From: Candidatus Electrothrix yaqonensis
GTDB lineage: Bacteria; Desulfobacterota; Desulfobulbia; Desulfobulbales; Desulfobulbaceae
Direction of reading: 5' to 3'
DNA: 32,000 nt
NCBI GenBank assembly: GCA_047651235.1
Contig: CP178758.1
Span: forward strand, 2,100,001 to 2,132,000
Shown here: positions 17,358 through 27,101 of the stretch, piece after piece
Layout: the number at the start of each line of letters is the position of its first letter
How positions within the stretch are numbered: the stretch's first letter is position 1
Position numbers and translations under genes: made by a program
Notes under the pieces: generated by a model
What the model was told of the DNA's origin: nothing
What the model saw: only the letters and a program-made list of their open reading frames with translations
Database searches by the model: none

Positions 17358-17411
17358 ATCTCTATGTCATCAGAATATGCTGCAACCTGCGTACATCAAA
17401 CATCAAGTACA

Positions 17412-17681
17412 TTATTTCCTGATTCCAAGTTCCTGAATCAAGGTACGATACCGGTTGATATCCTTTTTCTTCAGATACTGCAGCAGACTGCGCCGCTGCC
17501 CGACCAGCTTCAGCAGACCGCGCCGGGAATGATGATCCTTGGCATGGGTCTTGAAGTGATCGGTCAGATAGGTAATCCGGTCGGAGATCAGCGCGATCTG
17601 TACTTCCGGAGAACCGGTATCGCCCTCATGGGTTGCGAATTTCTGAATAATTTCCTGTTTTTTTGCAGTGCTCTGTGCCAT
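17412..17681 (-). CDS. rpsO: 30S ribosomal protein S15
   Basis: 89 aa with a typical S15 sequence ([45 protein letters not shown]). GGAGG RBS. Confidence 0.98.
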   Translation of the reverse strand: MAQSTAKKQEIIQKFATHEGDTGSPEVQIALISDRITYLTDHFKTHAKDHHSRRGLLKLVGQRRSLLQYLKKKDINRYRTLIQELGIRK

Positions 17682-17877
17682 TATTGGACCTCCAATGTTG
17701 TCCTTCTGCTGTCGGCAAAGCCCGTACTTTCCTCAGCCTCGCCAAAGTCTGGAATCAAATTGCTCCTTTTCTCCACATCCGAGGAACAGGATACGGGGAA
17801 CAATGCACCATTCCCGCCCAACGCGGAAATGTATTATTTTTTTGTTATTTTTCTTTTCTGCAGTGAATCAGCAGTCG

Positions 17878-18669
17878 CTATATATCTACGATATTCTGCG
17901 GTACACCCTGCGGCGGCAGTTGATGCCGGGCAAGGGCCTGTTCAACTGTGAGTATCCTGTTCAGCAGCAGCTCCTGACCGTTTTCCCTACTGAACAAAGC
18001 TTCTCCGGCCACCGCATCATCCACTGTGAAGCCGCCGCTGGCTGTCCGCCGTAACGCTGTAAGATGCGCACCGCAGCCGAGCTTTCTGCCAATCTCTGCA
18101 GCAAGCACCCGGATGTACGTGCCCCGGCTGCATGTAACCGTGATGGTCAGCTGCTCCTTTACCGGATCATAACCATCCGCCCGCAGGGTATAAATCTCTA
18201 TCAATTTAGGCTCTTTCTGTATCATGATGCCTTTGCGGGCATAATGATAGAGCGGCTTTCCCTTGTGCTTTGCAGCTGAATAGGGCGGCGGAGTCTGCAT
18301 CTGCGGGCCGAGGAAACCCTGCAGCACCTCGGCAATATCCTCCTGGGCCAGCTCCGGTACCGGCCTGATTTCCGTCACCTCACCCTCCGGATCCTGGGTC
18401 GTGGTCTCCCGGCCCAACTGCAGCACAGCCCGGTAGGTCTTGCGGCTGCTCATAAAATCATCAATATGCCGGGTCGCGGGCCGCCCGACACAGACAATCA
18501 GCAGGCCATCGGCAAAGGGATCAAGCGTTCCGGCGTGTCCGACCTTTTTGATTCCCAGCAGCCAACGAATTTTTTTTACCATTGCAAAGGAGGTTCTGCC
18601 GACAGGCTTGTCAATCAGCACAACGCCTGCCGTCACTCCGCCGGCCGGGCCGGACATCTTTTCTGTCAT
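17878..18669 (-). CDS. truB: tRNA pseudouridine(55) synthase
   Basis: The GVVLIDKPVGRTSF...HAGTLDPFADGLL motif contains the catalytic Asp. The ATG overlaps the nrnA stop (ATGA). Confidence 0.95.
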   Translation of the reverse strand: MTEKMSGPAGGVTAGVVLIDKPVGRTSFAMVKKIRWLLGIKKVGHAGTLDPFADGLLIVCVGRPATRHIDDFMSSRKTYRAVLQLGRETTTQDPEGEVTEIRPVPELAQEDIAEVLQGFLGPQMQTPPPYSAAKHKGKPLYHYARKGIMIQKEPKLIEIYTLRADGYDPVKEQLTITVTCSRGTYIRVLAAEIGRKLGCGAHLTALRRTASGGFTVDDAVAGEALFSRENGQELLLNRILTVEQALARHQLPPQGVPQNIVDI

Positions 18670-19679
18670 GCCCGGTCTTCCGCACTCTGCTTCAGAGCCT
18701 GTTCAAGCACCGGAATCAGCATGACGCACACTTCGTCCAAACTTTTCCCCTGCACCCGGAATCCCGCCGCATTCCGGTGTCCGCCTCCGGAAAACCGCGC
18801 CGCCACCTCGGCCACATTGCAGTCTCCCTTGGCGCGCAGACTGACGGAAACCTGATCCTTTTCCGTATCCGCTTCTTTCAAAAACACGGCAACCCGGACA
18901 GTACCTACAGAACGGGGAAAATCAATCAGCCCCTCGCATTCTTCATAGGCAGCCCCGGTTTCCTGCAGCATCTGCCGGGAAAGCCGGATCACGGCGACCT
19001 GATCCTCCGCATAGGTCTGCAGGGTGGCCAGAACAGTCTGCATCAGCTGAAGACCGGAAAATGAATTGTTATCAAAAAGACTTCTGCAGATAAAGGCAGG
19101 AACCACGCCACGCTCGATCAGTTTGCCTGCCACAGCAAAGGTATGCGCACTCGTGGCGTCATATTGAAAAGAGCCGGTGTCTGTGACAATGGCCATATAG
19201 AGACATTCAGCCGCTTCTTTGGAAATTCTGTCCGCAACGCCGAGTTCTTCAGCCAGATCATAGACCATTTCTCCGGTGGAGGAACGATGCGGTTCCACCC
19301 ACTGGAGCTCACCGAATCCCTTCCCCTGATGGTGATCGATCACCAGGAAGGGGCGGACTGCAGTCAGTGCTGTCCCCATTTCCCCCAGCCTGGACAGGTC
19401 GCCGCAGTCCAGCGAAATACCCATGATATCATTGCTGCATTGCGCCGCAAAGGCTCTGATTTGATCAAAATCTGTTTCAATGCGGATCTGCGGCGTCAGG
19501 AAACTGTAGCGCGGGGGGACCGGCTGCTCAAGATAGCAGACAACCTCCCGGCCCATCATGGTCAGGATATCGGCAAGACCGAACATGGATCCCAGTGCAT
19601 CGCCGTCCGGCCGGACATGAGTGGCGAGAACAAAATGATGCGTTTTCTGTATAGCCTGTCCGGCTGCTGTTTTACTCAC
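18666..19679 (-). CDS. nrnA: DHH/DHHA1 phosphoesterase, NrnA-type oligoribonuclease/pAp phosphatase
   Basis: Motifs HVRPDGDALGS, VIDHHQG (DHH) and GGGHRNAAGF (DHHA1). ORF track start 19856 lies inside rbfA. GTG 19679 overlapping the rbfA stop gives a normal ~337-aa protein. Confidence 0.85.
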   Translation of the reverse strand: MSKTAAGQAIQKTHHFVLATHVRPDGDALGSMFGLADILTMMGREVVCYLEQPVPPRYSFLTPQIRIETDFDQIRAFAAQCSNDIMGISLDCGDLSRLGEMGTALTAVRPFLVIDHHQGKGFGELQWVEPHRSSTGEMVYDLAEELGVADRISKEAAECLYMAIVTDTGSFQYDATSAHTFAVAGKLIERGVVPAFICRSLFDNNSFSGLQLMQTVLATLQTYAEDQVAVIRLSRQMLQETGAAYEECEGLIDFPRSVGTVRVAVFLKEADTEKDQVSVSLRAKGDCNVAEVAARFSGGGHRNAAGFRVQGKSLDEVCVMLIPVLEQALKQSAEDRA

Positions 19680-20073
19680 TATGGTCTTTTCCTTTCTGTT
19701 CCCGGTTGATCTGGGCAAACAGCTGGTCAAGCCGTTCGGCCTCCTGCTGCTGATTATCGAAAAAGAAGACCAGTTCAGGAGTGTAGCGCAAATTGATGGT
19801 TCTGGCGATATGGGAACGAAAAAAACCGGCTGCCCGCTCCATGTTCTTTTTTGCACCGGCAGGGCTGCTTCCTGCTGGCACCAGAAAATATATCTTGGCC
19901 CGCTTCAGATTCGGCGATATCTGCACTCTGGAGATGCTCACTCCGGCCAGTCCGGGATCACGGACCTTCTGCTGCAGCAGAACAGACAGCTCCTGCCGGA
20001 CAGCCTCGGCCACCCGCTCAGGACGGGAACTTTTCGGGCGCCCGAGTCCGGGCAAGGTAAAATCAAATTCCAT
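19672..20073 (-). CDS. rbfA: ribosome-binding factor A
   Basis: RVAEAVRQELSVLLQQKVRDPGL...ISRVQISPNLKRAKIYF is typical of RbfA. It occupies the conserved position after infB. Confidence 0.93.
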   Translation of the reverse strand: MEFDFTLPGLGRPKSSRPERVAEAVRQELSVLLQQKVRDPGLAGVSISRVQISPNLKRAKIYFLVPAGSSPAGAKKNMERAAGFFRSHIARTINLRYTPELVFFFDNQQQEAERLDQLFAQINREQKGKDHSE

Positions 20074-20108
20074 CTTCTTTGTTATGCAATCATCCGGTAG
20101 ACAGACTG

Positions 20109-22838
20109 CTACAGGGTCGCCTCGACCTCATCCATGAGAAAGGCTTCCAAGGTGTCACCCACCTTGATATCGTTATAATTCTCTACTCCGATACCGCACT
20201 CGTAGCCTGTGGCCACCTCTTTCACATCATCCTTGAAGCGCCTCAGTGAACTGATCTCTCCGGTATAAATCACCACCGAATCCCGCAGCACCCGGATACG
20301 GGCATTGCGTTCAATCTTGCCATCAATGACTGAACACCCGGCTACCGTACCGACTTTGGGTACGGAGAAAGTTTCCCTGACTTCGGCCGTGCCGATGACC
20401 CGCTCCTCAAATTCCGGCTCCAGCATCCCAACCATCGCCTTTTCAATATCTTCCAGCGCATGGTAGATGACGTCATAGGTCCGGATATCCACCTGCTCCT
20501 GCTCGGCAAGTTCCTTCACCTTGACAGACGGCCGGATATTGAAGCCGATAATGACGGCGTCAGATGCGGAGGCGAGATGGACATCATTTTCTGTGATCGC
20601 ACCGGATCCCTCATGCAGGACGCGCACCCGGATGACATCAGTGGACAGCTTCTCCGCTGCCTGACCGAATGCCTGCAGAGTTCCCTGGACATCTGCACGC
20701 AGCACGACCCGCAGTTCCTTCATCTCCTGCTCGGCCATTTTCGCGAACAGATTATCCAGTGAGACCTTGGAGGCCGAAGCCAGTTCCGACTCTCTGGTTT
20801 TGAGCTGACGGGCATCGGAGACGGATTTGGCCATTTTTTCATCCCTGACCACCATAAATTCGTCACCAGCCTGTGGCACACCGGACAGGCCCTGCACCTC
20901 CACAGGCAGAGAAGGGCTGGCCTTGGTGACCTGCTCACCCCGGTCGTTCATCAACGAACGCACCTTGCCGCTGAACTGGCCTGCAATAAAATAGTCCCCG
21001 GTGCACAGCGTACCCTCCTGCACCAGAACAGTGGCAACCGCCCCTCTGCCCTTGTGGAGCTGGGCTTCAATCACTGTTCCGCGCGCCTTCCGGTCAGGAT
21101 CAGCGCTCAGCTCAAGAACCTCGGCCTGCAGCTGGATACTTTCCAGCAGTTCCCCAATACCGATGCCTTGTTTGGCCGAGGTTTCGCAGAAGATGGTATC
21201 TCCGCCCCAGTCTTCCGGAATCAGACCGAAATCACCCAGTTCACGGATCACCCGTGCCGGATCAGCGTTATCCTTGTCAATCTTATTCACCGCTACCACA
21301 ATGGGCACTTCAGCGGCCTGGGCATGGGCAATAGCCTCCTTGGTCTGATTCATGACCCCGTCATCCGCAGCCACGACCAGAACCACGATATCCGTCACCT
21401 TGGCCCCGCGGGAGCGCATCTCCGTAAAAGCCGCATGGCCGGGGGTATCCACAAAGGTGATATCTCCGGACGGAGCCTGCACATGATAGGCGCCGATGTG
21501 CTGAGTAATACCGCCTGCCTCGCCTTCAGCCACATCTGTCCTGCGGATGGCATCCAGGATGGAGGTCTTGCCGTGGTCCACATGGCCCATAACCGTGACC
21601 ACCGGGAATCTCGGTCGCTTCTCGCCCCCTTTTTCCTCTGCCTGCAGCGCTTCAATATCAAGCTCTTCGGTCATGCCCTGTTCGACCTCATACCCGAATT
21701 CAGAGGCCACCAGCGTTGCCGTATCCAGGTCAAGGGCCTGATTCAGGGTAGCCATGACCCCCAGTCCCATCAGCTTGGCAATCACCTCGTTTGCCTTCAC
21801 GCCCATGCGTTTGGCAAGTTCACCCACCGCAATGGTCTCAAAGACCTTGATCCGCCTTTTGATCGCCTTGCTCTCTGTCACCGGGGTGGAAGACATCTTA
21901 CTCTTCCGGCGCCTATCTTTTTTCTTCCGCCCCCTGTACGGCATAACGTCAGCGTCTCCACGGGAGAAGTCCACCCGCTGGCGGCCCTTGCGGGCAGTCT
22001 TGCCCGGCTTTCTGGCACGGTTCCCCTCATCCGTTTCAATGGCAACAACCCGCTTGCCCTTTTTCCGCGCCTTGCCCCGGCCAGCGGCACTCTGACTGGG
22101 ATCCTGAACAGATTGAGCAGCAGGAGCCGGGCCGTTCTGACCGCCTTTTCTGCCGCCCCGCGCCGGACGGGTATCCCGCCGGGGACCAGGACGTTCCGTG
22201 TCCTCCGCACGCAGCTCTACCTGCCCTACGATCCGGGCCAGTCCTTTGGCGCGTTTGGGCTTTTTCCCCGTCGAATCCTGAGCAGCTTTCTTTTCTTTTT
22301 CCGCCGAAACAGCAGCGTCAGATGTCCTCTGATCCATCCCGTCAACCGGATCTTTTACCGGCTCCTGTTCTGCCGGAGCAGTCTGCTCTCCGGGTTCTCT
22401 GTCTTCCGCCCTGGCCTCGTTTTCCGCTTCCTTTTCTTCCTGCACTGTCTTCCGGGGCGTCCCCTGTTCCGGAGCAGAAGCAACCGCCTCTTCTGTCTCC
22501 CTTGCCTCCGCTTCCGCAGCTTTTCTTTCTTTCTCGGCCAGCTCTTCCGCTTCTGCCTTTTGCGCCATCTTTTCCTTCAGTGCTTTGGAACGACGGCGTA
22601 CTACGGTGGTTGTCTTCTTCCGGCCGGACTGCGTCTGTTTTTTCATGCCTATCGGTTTTTCGGTCACTTCAGCGGTTGCCTTGCTCAGCACCTTGCGACG
22701 GATTTCAGCAGCCATATCATCATCGACTGTAGAACTGAGCCCCTTGATAGGATAACCCATTGCTATCAATTTATCTGCCAGCTCTTTGCTTTTAAAACCG
22801 GCTTCTTTTGCCAGTTCATAAATGCGGACTCTGCTCAT
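20109..22838 (-). CDS. infB: translation initiation factor IF-2
   Basis: GTPase motifs [14 protein letters not shown] and NKID, with a charged low-complexity N-terminal region. ATG 22838 has GGGAG 6 nt upstream; the ORF track TTG 22841 is one codon earlier. Confidence 0.98.
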   Translation of the reverse strand: MSRVRIYELAKEAGFKSKELADKLIAMGYPIKGLSSTVDDDMAAEIRRKVLSKATAEVTEKPIGMKKQTQSGRKKTTTVVRRRSKALKEKMAQKAEAEELAEKERKAAEAEARETEEAVASAPEQGTPRKTVQEEKEAENEARAEDREPGEQTAPAEQEPVKDPVDGMDQRTSDAAVSAEKEKKAAQDSTGKKPKRAKGLARIVGQVELRAEDTERPGPRRDTRPARGGRKGGQNGPAPAAQSVQDPSQSAAGRGKARKKGKRVVAIETDEGNRARKPGKTARKGRQRVDFSRGDADVMPYRGRKKKDRRRKSKMSSTPVTESKAIKRRIKVFETIAVGELAKRMGVKANEVIAKLMGLGVMATLNQALDLDTATLVASEFGYEVEQGMTEELDIEALQAEEKGGEKRPRFPVVTVMGHVDHGKTSILDAIRRTDVAEGEAGGITQHIGAYHVQAPSGDITFVDTPGHAAFTEMRSRGAKVTDIVVLVVAADDGVMNQTKEAIAHAQAAEVPIVVAVNKIDKDNADPARVIRELGDFGLIPEDWGGDTIFCETSAKQGIGIGELLESIQLQAEVLELSADPDRKARGTVIEAQLHKGRGAVATVLVQEGTLCTGDYFIAGQFSGKVRSLMNDRGEQVTKASPSLPVEVQGLSGVPQAGDEFMVVRDEKMAKSVSDARQLKTRESELASASKVSLDNLFAKMAEQEMKELRVVLRADVQGTLQAFGQAAEKLSTDVIRVRVLHEGSGAITENDVHLASASDAVIIGFNIRPSVKVKELAEQEQVDIRTYDVIYHALEDIEKAMVGMLEPEFEERVIGTAEVRETFSVPKVGTVAGCSVIDGKIERNARIRVLRDSVVIYTGEISSLRRFKDDVKEVATGYECGIGVENYNDIKVGDTLEAFLMDEVEATL

Positions 22839-22905
22839 CAAGTACTCCCGTAACCTTTTCTCGCTGTAATGTCAACCCGATCCGCACGAAAATGCACATA
22901 CCGAG

Positions 22906-23127
22906 TCAACCGTGAAGGCGAAATATCCGCCCCAGCATCTTCTTTTTTTTCTTCAGCCGGTTTCTGCACTGACCATCCCTGCAGCAGTACGCACCCCGTC
23001 CTGGCATTCTGCTGTCCGTGTCCTCGTGTAGAGCACCCTTGTACCATACCAGACGGATCAGCTCGTTCTTTGCAGCTTTCCGTCCGCATCCCCTGCAGGT
23101 ACGGACCGGGACATGTCTTCTTTTCAT
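22906..23127 (-). CDS. ylxR: YlxR/DUF448 family RNA-binding protein
   Basis: Internal ATG 23127 of ORF 22906..23241 gives MKRRHVPVRTCRGCGRK...GRGAYCC, the two YlxR signature motifs. It sits between nusA and infB as in many bacteria. Confidence 0.8.
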   Translation of the reverse strand: MKRRHVPVRTCRGCGRKAAKNELIRLVWYKGALHEDTDSRMPGRGAYCCRDGQCRNRLKKKKKMLGRIFRLHG

Positions 23128-23149
23128 CCCCGAAAAACGCCGAGGCTTT

Positions 23150-24718
23150 CTATGATATCCTGTTCCCGTCAGCAGGCCCGTCAGCAGGTGATGCACCTGT
23201 ATCCTGTTCCTGCTCGGAGGACAACAGGATATTGCCGCCAATCCCGTTCATATCCTCCTCCCCTCCGCCGGTACTGTTCCCCGGGGCCGCTGCCCCGTTT
23301 TCCGACGGAGGCATCTCATTGCCGATTCCCTGTTCGGTCGGGGAGTCATCTCCGACCCGGTTGCCGATGTCCTCAGCTTCAACTTCAGATTCAGGCTCAG
23401 TTTCAGACGCAGATATCCGGTTCTCCTGCGGCGGTGTGCGGAACAGCTGTTCCGCCTCCTCAGCCGGGCTGACTGCCGATACCGGGATATCAGCAGCTTG
23501 CAGCTTCATCATGGCCGCCTGATCTTCCTCAACCCCGACGAGCCGCATAAGCTCTTCAAGATCGGCATGGGCAAATTCGGCTGCTGTGCATATGTCTGCG
23601 CGGAACAGTTTATCTGCCACTGCCTCATCCACGCCGTCAATCTCCAGCAGACTCTTATATCCGGCGTTGCTGAGATTTTCGTAGCGCTGCTGACTTTTGA
23701 CATCGATCCGCCAGCTCAGCAGACGCGAGGCCAGCCGGACATTCTGCCCTTGGCGACCGATGGCCAGGGAAAGCTGATCATCAGGCACAATAACCAGCAG
23801 GGAATGCTGTTCCTCATCCACGATCACCATGCTCACTTCAGCTGGCGCTAGGGCATTGTAGACGTATTTTGCCGGATCCGGACTCCAGGGGACAATATCA
23901 ATCCGTTCGCCCTGCAGTTCCTGGACCACATTCTGCACCCTGGACCCCTTCATGCCCACGCAGGCACCGACCGGATCCACATCAGACTCTGTGGAGGTCA
24001 CTGCAATTTTCGCCCGGAATCCCGGGTCACGGGCAACCCCCATAATTTTGACGATCTGCTCGGATATTTCCGGCACTTCCAGCTCAAAAAGCTGTTCCAG
24101 AAATTCATTGCAGGTCCGGCTGAGAACAAGCTGCGAATCACGGGACTCATGCCGCACCTCCTGGAGATAGGCGCGGATTCGGTCTCCCTGTTTAAAAGAT
24201 CGTTTCGGGATCTGCCCTTCTCTCGGCAGCACAGCATCTGTCCGACCGAGATTAACAACCATATTACCGCGTTCAAAACGCTGAACAATACCATTGACAA
24301 TTGAGCCTTTCCGGTCACGGAACATCTCAAACACGACCTCGCGTTCAGCGTCCCGCAGGCGGTGAATAATCACCTGCTTGGCCGACTGCGCCGCGATACG
24401 CCCCAGATCCGAGATATGCTCCATTTTCTCTCCCAGATCATCCTCAAGTTCAATATCCGGGTCAAGCAGCCGAGCCTCGTCTATATGGATTTCCGTGTCC
24501 TCGTCCCAGACATCATCAACCACTGTACGATATTGAAAAACCTCTATTTCTCCCAGAGCATCATTGAACTGCACTTCAATATCCCTGCGGCCGCCGTATT
24601 TTTTCCGCACTGCAGAGCGGACCGCCTCTTCAATGGCGTCCACCATCAGTTCACGGTCAATCCCCTTGTCCCGGCAAATCTGATCAAGTATCCGTTTTAA
24701 ATTTTCTCCACCTGACAT
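23150..24718 (-). CDS. nusA: transcription termination/antitermination factor NusA
   Basis: N-terminal domain (ILDQICRDKGIDRELMVDAIEEAV), S1, and two KH domains (GACVGMKGSRVQNVVQEL, AIGRQGQNVRLASRL). ATG 24718 is preceded by GGAGAG. The ORF track start 24814 adds an implausible extension. Confidence 0.97.
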   Translation of the reverse strand: MSGGENLKRILDQICRDKGIDRELMVDAIEEAVRSAVRKKYGGRRDIEVQFNDALGEIEVFQYRTVVDDVWDEDTEIHIDEARLLDPDIELEDDLGEKMEHISDLGRIAAQSAKQVIIHRLRDAEREVVFEMFRDRKGSIVNGIVQRFERGNMVVNLGRTDAVLPREGQIPKRSFKQGDRIRAYLQEVRHESRDSQLVLSRTCNEFLEQLFELEVPEISEQIVKIMGVARDPGFRAKIAVTSTESDVDPVGACVGMKGSRVQNVVQELQGERIDIVPWSPDPAKYVYNALAPAEVSMVIVDEEQHSLLVIVPDDQLSLAIGRQGQNVRLASRLLSWRIDVKSQQRYENLSNAGYKSLLEIDGVDEAVADKLFRADICTAAEFAHADLEELMRLVGVEEDQAAMMKLQAADIPVSAVSPAEEAEQLFRTPPQENRISASETEPESEVEAEDIGNRVGDDSPTEQGIGNEMPPSENGAAAPGNSTGGGEEDMNGIGGNILLSSEQEQDTGASPADGPADGNRIS

Positions 24719-24822
24719 TCTCTCTCTCCGCCTTCGACTTCTGTCGCTGCATCCTGCAGCAGTCAGAAGTCCCGGTTCATATATCCACTCGGTCTGCAGC
24801 CCTCTACTCTCCACTCTGAGTG

Positions 24823-25341
24823 TTACAGGCTCAGACGTGCCCTGACAACCGCTTCCAGGTCAATAACCATTTCGTTCCCGTCAGCGTCGTCCGCAGCAAG
24901 TGTAATTTTTTTCTTTTCTTCATCCGCTCCGGTCAGCATTCCGCAAAAAACATACTGCCCATTGATGGGAGCGTTGACCTTTACTTTGACTTTGCGCCCG
25001 GTAAAACGGATAAAATCCTCCAGTCGTTTCAGAGGCCGTTCAAGTCCGGGAGAAGAAACCTCAAGGGTGTAGGCATGCGGGATAAGATCTTCCACCTCAA
25101 GATATGTACTGATCTGTCTGCTGACCGCTGCGCAGTCATCCACATTTACTCCGCCCTCCCGGTCAATGAACAGACGCAGAACCCAGCCGGATTCTCGCCT
25201 GAACTGCACTTCCACCAGCTCCATCTCCATATCCTCCATGAGAGGCTGGGCAAATTCCTCCAGTGCACTGACTACTCTGTCTGTTCCCACAAACGCTCTG
25301 TTTTGGTAAAAAAAGCAATAAAAAAAGCGGGCAGAGCCCAC
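24823..25341 (-). CDS. rimP: ribosome maturation factor RimP
   Basis: MELVEVQFRRESGWVLRLFIDREGGVNVDDCAAVSRQIS...LEVSSPGLERPL is typical of RimP, and it sits directly upstream of nusA. The start is uncertain: GTG 25341 or GTG 25290. Confidence 0.9.
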   Translation of the reverse strand: MGSARFFYCFFYQNRAFVGTDRVVSALEEFAQPLMEDMEMELVEVQFRRESGWVLRLFIDREGGVNVDDCAAVSRQISTYLEVEDLIPHAYTLEVSSPGLERPLKRLEDFIRFTGRKVKVKVNAPINGQYVFCGMLTGADEEKKKITLAADDADGNEMVIDLEAVVRARLSL

Positions 25342-25378
25342 TTTCAGAACATCAACGATAATCTGATGCCGCAGCCGA

Positions 25379-25454
25379 TGGAGCGGGTAACGGGGCTCGA
25401 ACCCGTGACCCCAAGCTTGGGAAGCTTGTGCTCTGCCAACTGAGCTACACCCGC
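25379..25454 (-). tRNA. tRNA-Gly (anticodon CCC)
   Basis: The reverse complement folds as GCGGGTG acceptor, GCTC..GAGC D-arm, CAAGC-TTCCCAA-GCTTG anticodon arm (CCC), ACGGG-TTCGAGC-CCCGT T-arm. CCA is encoded. Confidence 0.9.
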
Positions 25455-25553
25455 GCTCTCATCCGCAGCTCGCCTCTGAACGTGTGCAGTTCCCCGGAGT
25501 AACATGCAGCTCTGCGGTTCTCTGAACAACCGTCACAAGCGTAGCAGAGAGAG

Positions 25554-25583
25554 ATTATATCTTCAACAGATACTTTCTGTCAA
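25554..25583 (-). promoter_or_regulatory. consensus sigma70 promoter upstream of tRNA-Gly / rimP-nusA-infB operon
   Basis: The - strand reads TTGACA (25583-25578), 18-nt spacer, TATAAT (25559-25554), both hexamers perfect. An AT-rich region with two phased ATGAAAATAT repeats lies just upstream. Confidence 0.6.
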
Positions 25584-25689
25584 GCGGTAACCGGAAGTTC
25601 ATACATATTTTCATGTATATTTGTATATTTTCATACGCAGAAGAGTATACTCTGTCCCGAAAAAACGAAACAGCACCGGCTCCGGCAGA

Positions 25690-27096
25690 CTATTTCCGTG
25701 ACGGTTTCTTCATATTCCTGCCCAATTTTTTCACAATAAACAGAGCTGCCTGCAGCTGATTATCTCCTGTCAGCCGTTCGGTGATTCTGTCAGGCGTCTC
25801 TTCGTCCTGCTCAACCTTCTTTTTGCCTGCTTTTTTCTGCTTCCGAAATTTCCGGTTGCTGTTCTCAAGATGACCAGGCAGGTTCTCTTCTCTGAGCTTA
25901 CCGTTCTCCTCTGCTGCTGTTTGCTCATCAAAGGGAATAATCATGTCCGGAACAATCCCTGTGGCCTGAATGGACCTTCCGCTCGGCGTATAGTAGCGAG
26001 CCGTGGTCAGGCGCACCCCGGCCCCGTCGGGCAGGGGCACTACAGTCTGCACCGAACCCTTGCCGAACGTCCGGGTTCCGAGAATCACTGCCCGGTCATG
26101 ATCCTGCAGAGCGCCGGCAACGATTTCAGAAGCGCTGGCCGATCCGCCGTTGACCAGAATCACCAAGGGAAAACTATACTTCTTTGTATTACGATGTGCT
26201 TTGAACAGCATATCATCCTCCTGGTCCCGCCCCCGGGTGGACACAATCACGCCTTTATCGAGCAGGACATCAGCGACCTTGACCGCCTGATCAAGCAGGC
26301 CGCCCGGATTGTTGCGCAGATCAAGAATAAGGCCCTGAATCCGTTCCTCCCGGTCCGCACTATGGAGAGCTTTTTTAAAATCACGGGTGGTTGTGGCCTG
26401 AAAATTTGTAATCTGAATATAATGAAAACCGGGTTCGATCTTCAGGGCGATAACCGAGTGATGGGGAATAATATCACGGACAAGCTCGATATCCAGCAGC
26501 TTGTTCAGTCCCTTCCGCCTGACAGAGATCGTCACCTTTTCCCCTCGGTTGCCCCGCAGCAGCTTCACCGCATCAGTCAGGCTCATATCCTCGGTGGATT
26601 TTCCGTTAATCCGCAGAATCTGATCACCGGCCTTTACTCCCTGCCTGAAGGCCGGTGTGCCGACAATCGGGGAAACAACGGTCAGCAGACCGTCCCGTAC
26701 TGTCACCTCGATCCCGACCCCGCTGAAATTGCCCCTGGTGTCTTCCTGAAGTTCCCTGAATTCCTTCGGCGACATATAGGATGAATGGGGATCCAGTGAA
26801 TGCAGCATACCGTTGATGGCTGCGACCAGAACATCACCATTGTCTATCTCGTCAACATAATGTTTCTGGAGCAGATCAAGGACATTGGCAAAGGTTTCAA
26901 GATACTGATACGTTCTCTCTTCCTGCGGAGCCTCTTTGTCCTGCTCCGCCTCAGCGAACACCGGGGCAAACCACAATACGCTGCCCAGCGCAAGAAGACA
27001 GACAACCAACCATCTATTTTTCATGGCAAGTCCGTAATTAAAACCGTGATTAAAATTTAATCTACCTTTACTCGGCCTGTTCAGTTTATTTTTCAT
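25690..27096 (-). CDS. carboxy-terminal processing protease (S41 family) with PDZ domain
   Basis: S41 motifs GGSASASEIVAGALQD (Ser) and TFGKGSVQ (Lys), a PDZ segment, and signal peptide MKNRWLVVCLLALGSVLWFAPVFA. Possible starts are ATG 27096 or ATG 27024; ORF track 27105 is TTG. Confidence 0.92.
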   Translation of the reverse strand: MKNKLNRPSKGRLNFNHGFNYGLAMKNRWLVVCLLALGSVLWFAPVFAEAEQDKEAPQEERTYQYLETFANVLDLLQKHYVDEIDNGDVLVAAINGMLHSLDPHSSYMSPKEFRELQEDTRGNFSGVGIEVTVRDGLLTVVSPIVGTPAFRQGVKAGDQILRINGKSTEDMSLTDAVKLLRGNRGEKVTISVRRKGLNKLLDIELVRDIIPHHSVIALKIEPGFHYIQITNFQATTTRDFKKALHSADREERIQGLILDLRNNPGGLLDQAVKVADVLLDKGVIVSTRGRDQEDDMLFKAHRNTKKYSFPLVILVNGGSASASEIVAGALQDHDRAVILGTRTFGKGSVQTVVPLPDGAGVRLTTARYYTPSGRSIQATGIVPDMIIPFDEQTAAEENGKLREENLPGHLENSNRKFRKQKKAGKKKVEQDEETPDRITERLTGDNQLQAALFIVKKLGRNMKKPSRK

Positions 27097-27101
27097 ATTA
27101 T

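Noticed and set aside
19680-19856. N-terminal 59-codon extension of the nrnA ORF (and similar extensions of nusA 24719..24814 and serA 11956..12003)
   Set aside because: These extensions overlap the preceding gene or lack RBSs. Internal starts give proteins with normal family N-termini.
21054-22853. 599-aa ORF on the + strand, the second-longest ORF in the window
   Set aside because: It lies entirely antisense to infB, whose identity is unambiguous. The product is low-complexity (Leu/Arg/Pro/Phe/Ser-rich) with no motifs or RBS. This is a typical shadow ORF of a codon-biased gene.
22838-23089. 83-aa ORF between nusA and infB
   Set aside because: It overlaps, in another frame, the ORF that carries the YlxR signature motifs (RTCRGCG, GRGAYCC). 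Only one can be real, and the YlxR frame is supported.
24820-25529. ORFs 24820..25443 (+) and 25344..25529 (-)
   Set aside because: They run through the tRNA-Gly gene and antisense to rimP, so they are artefacts.
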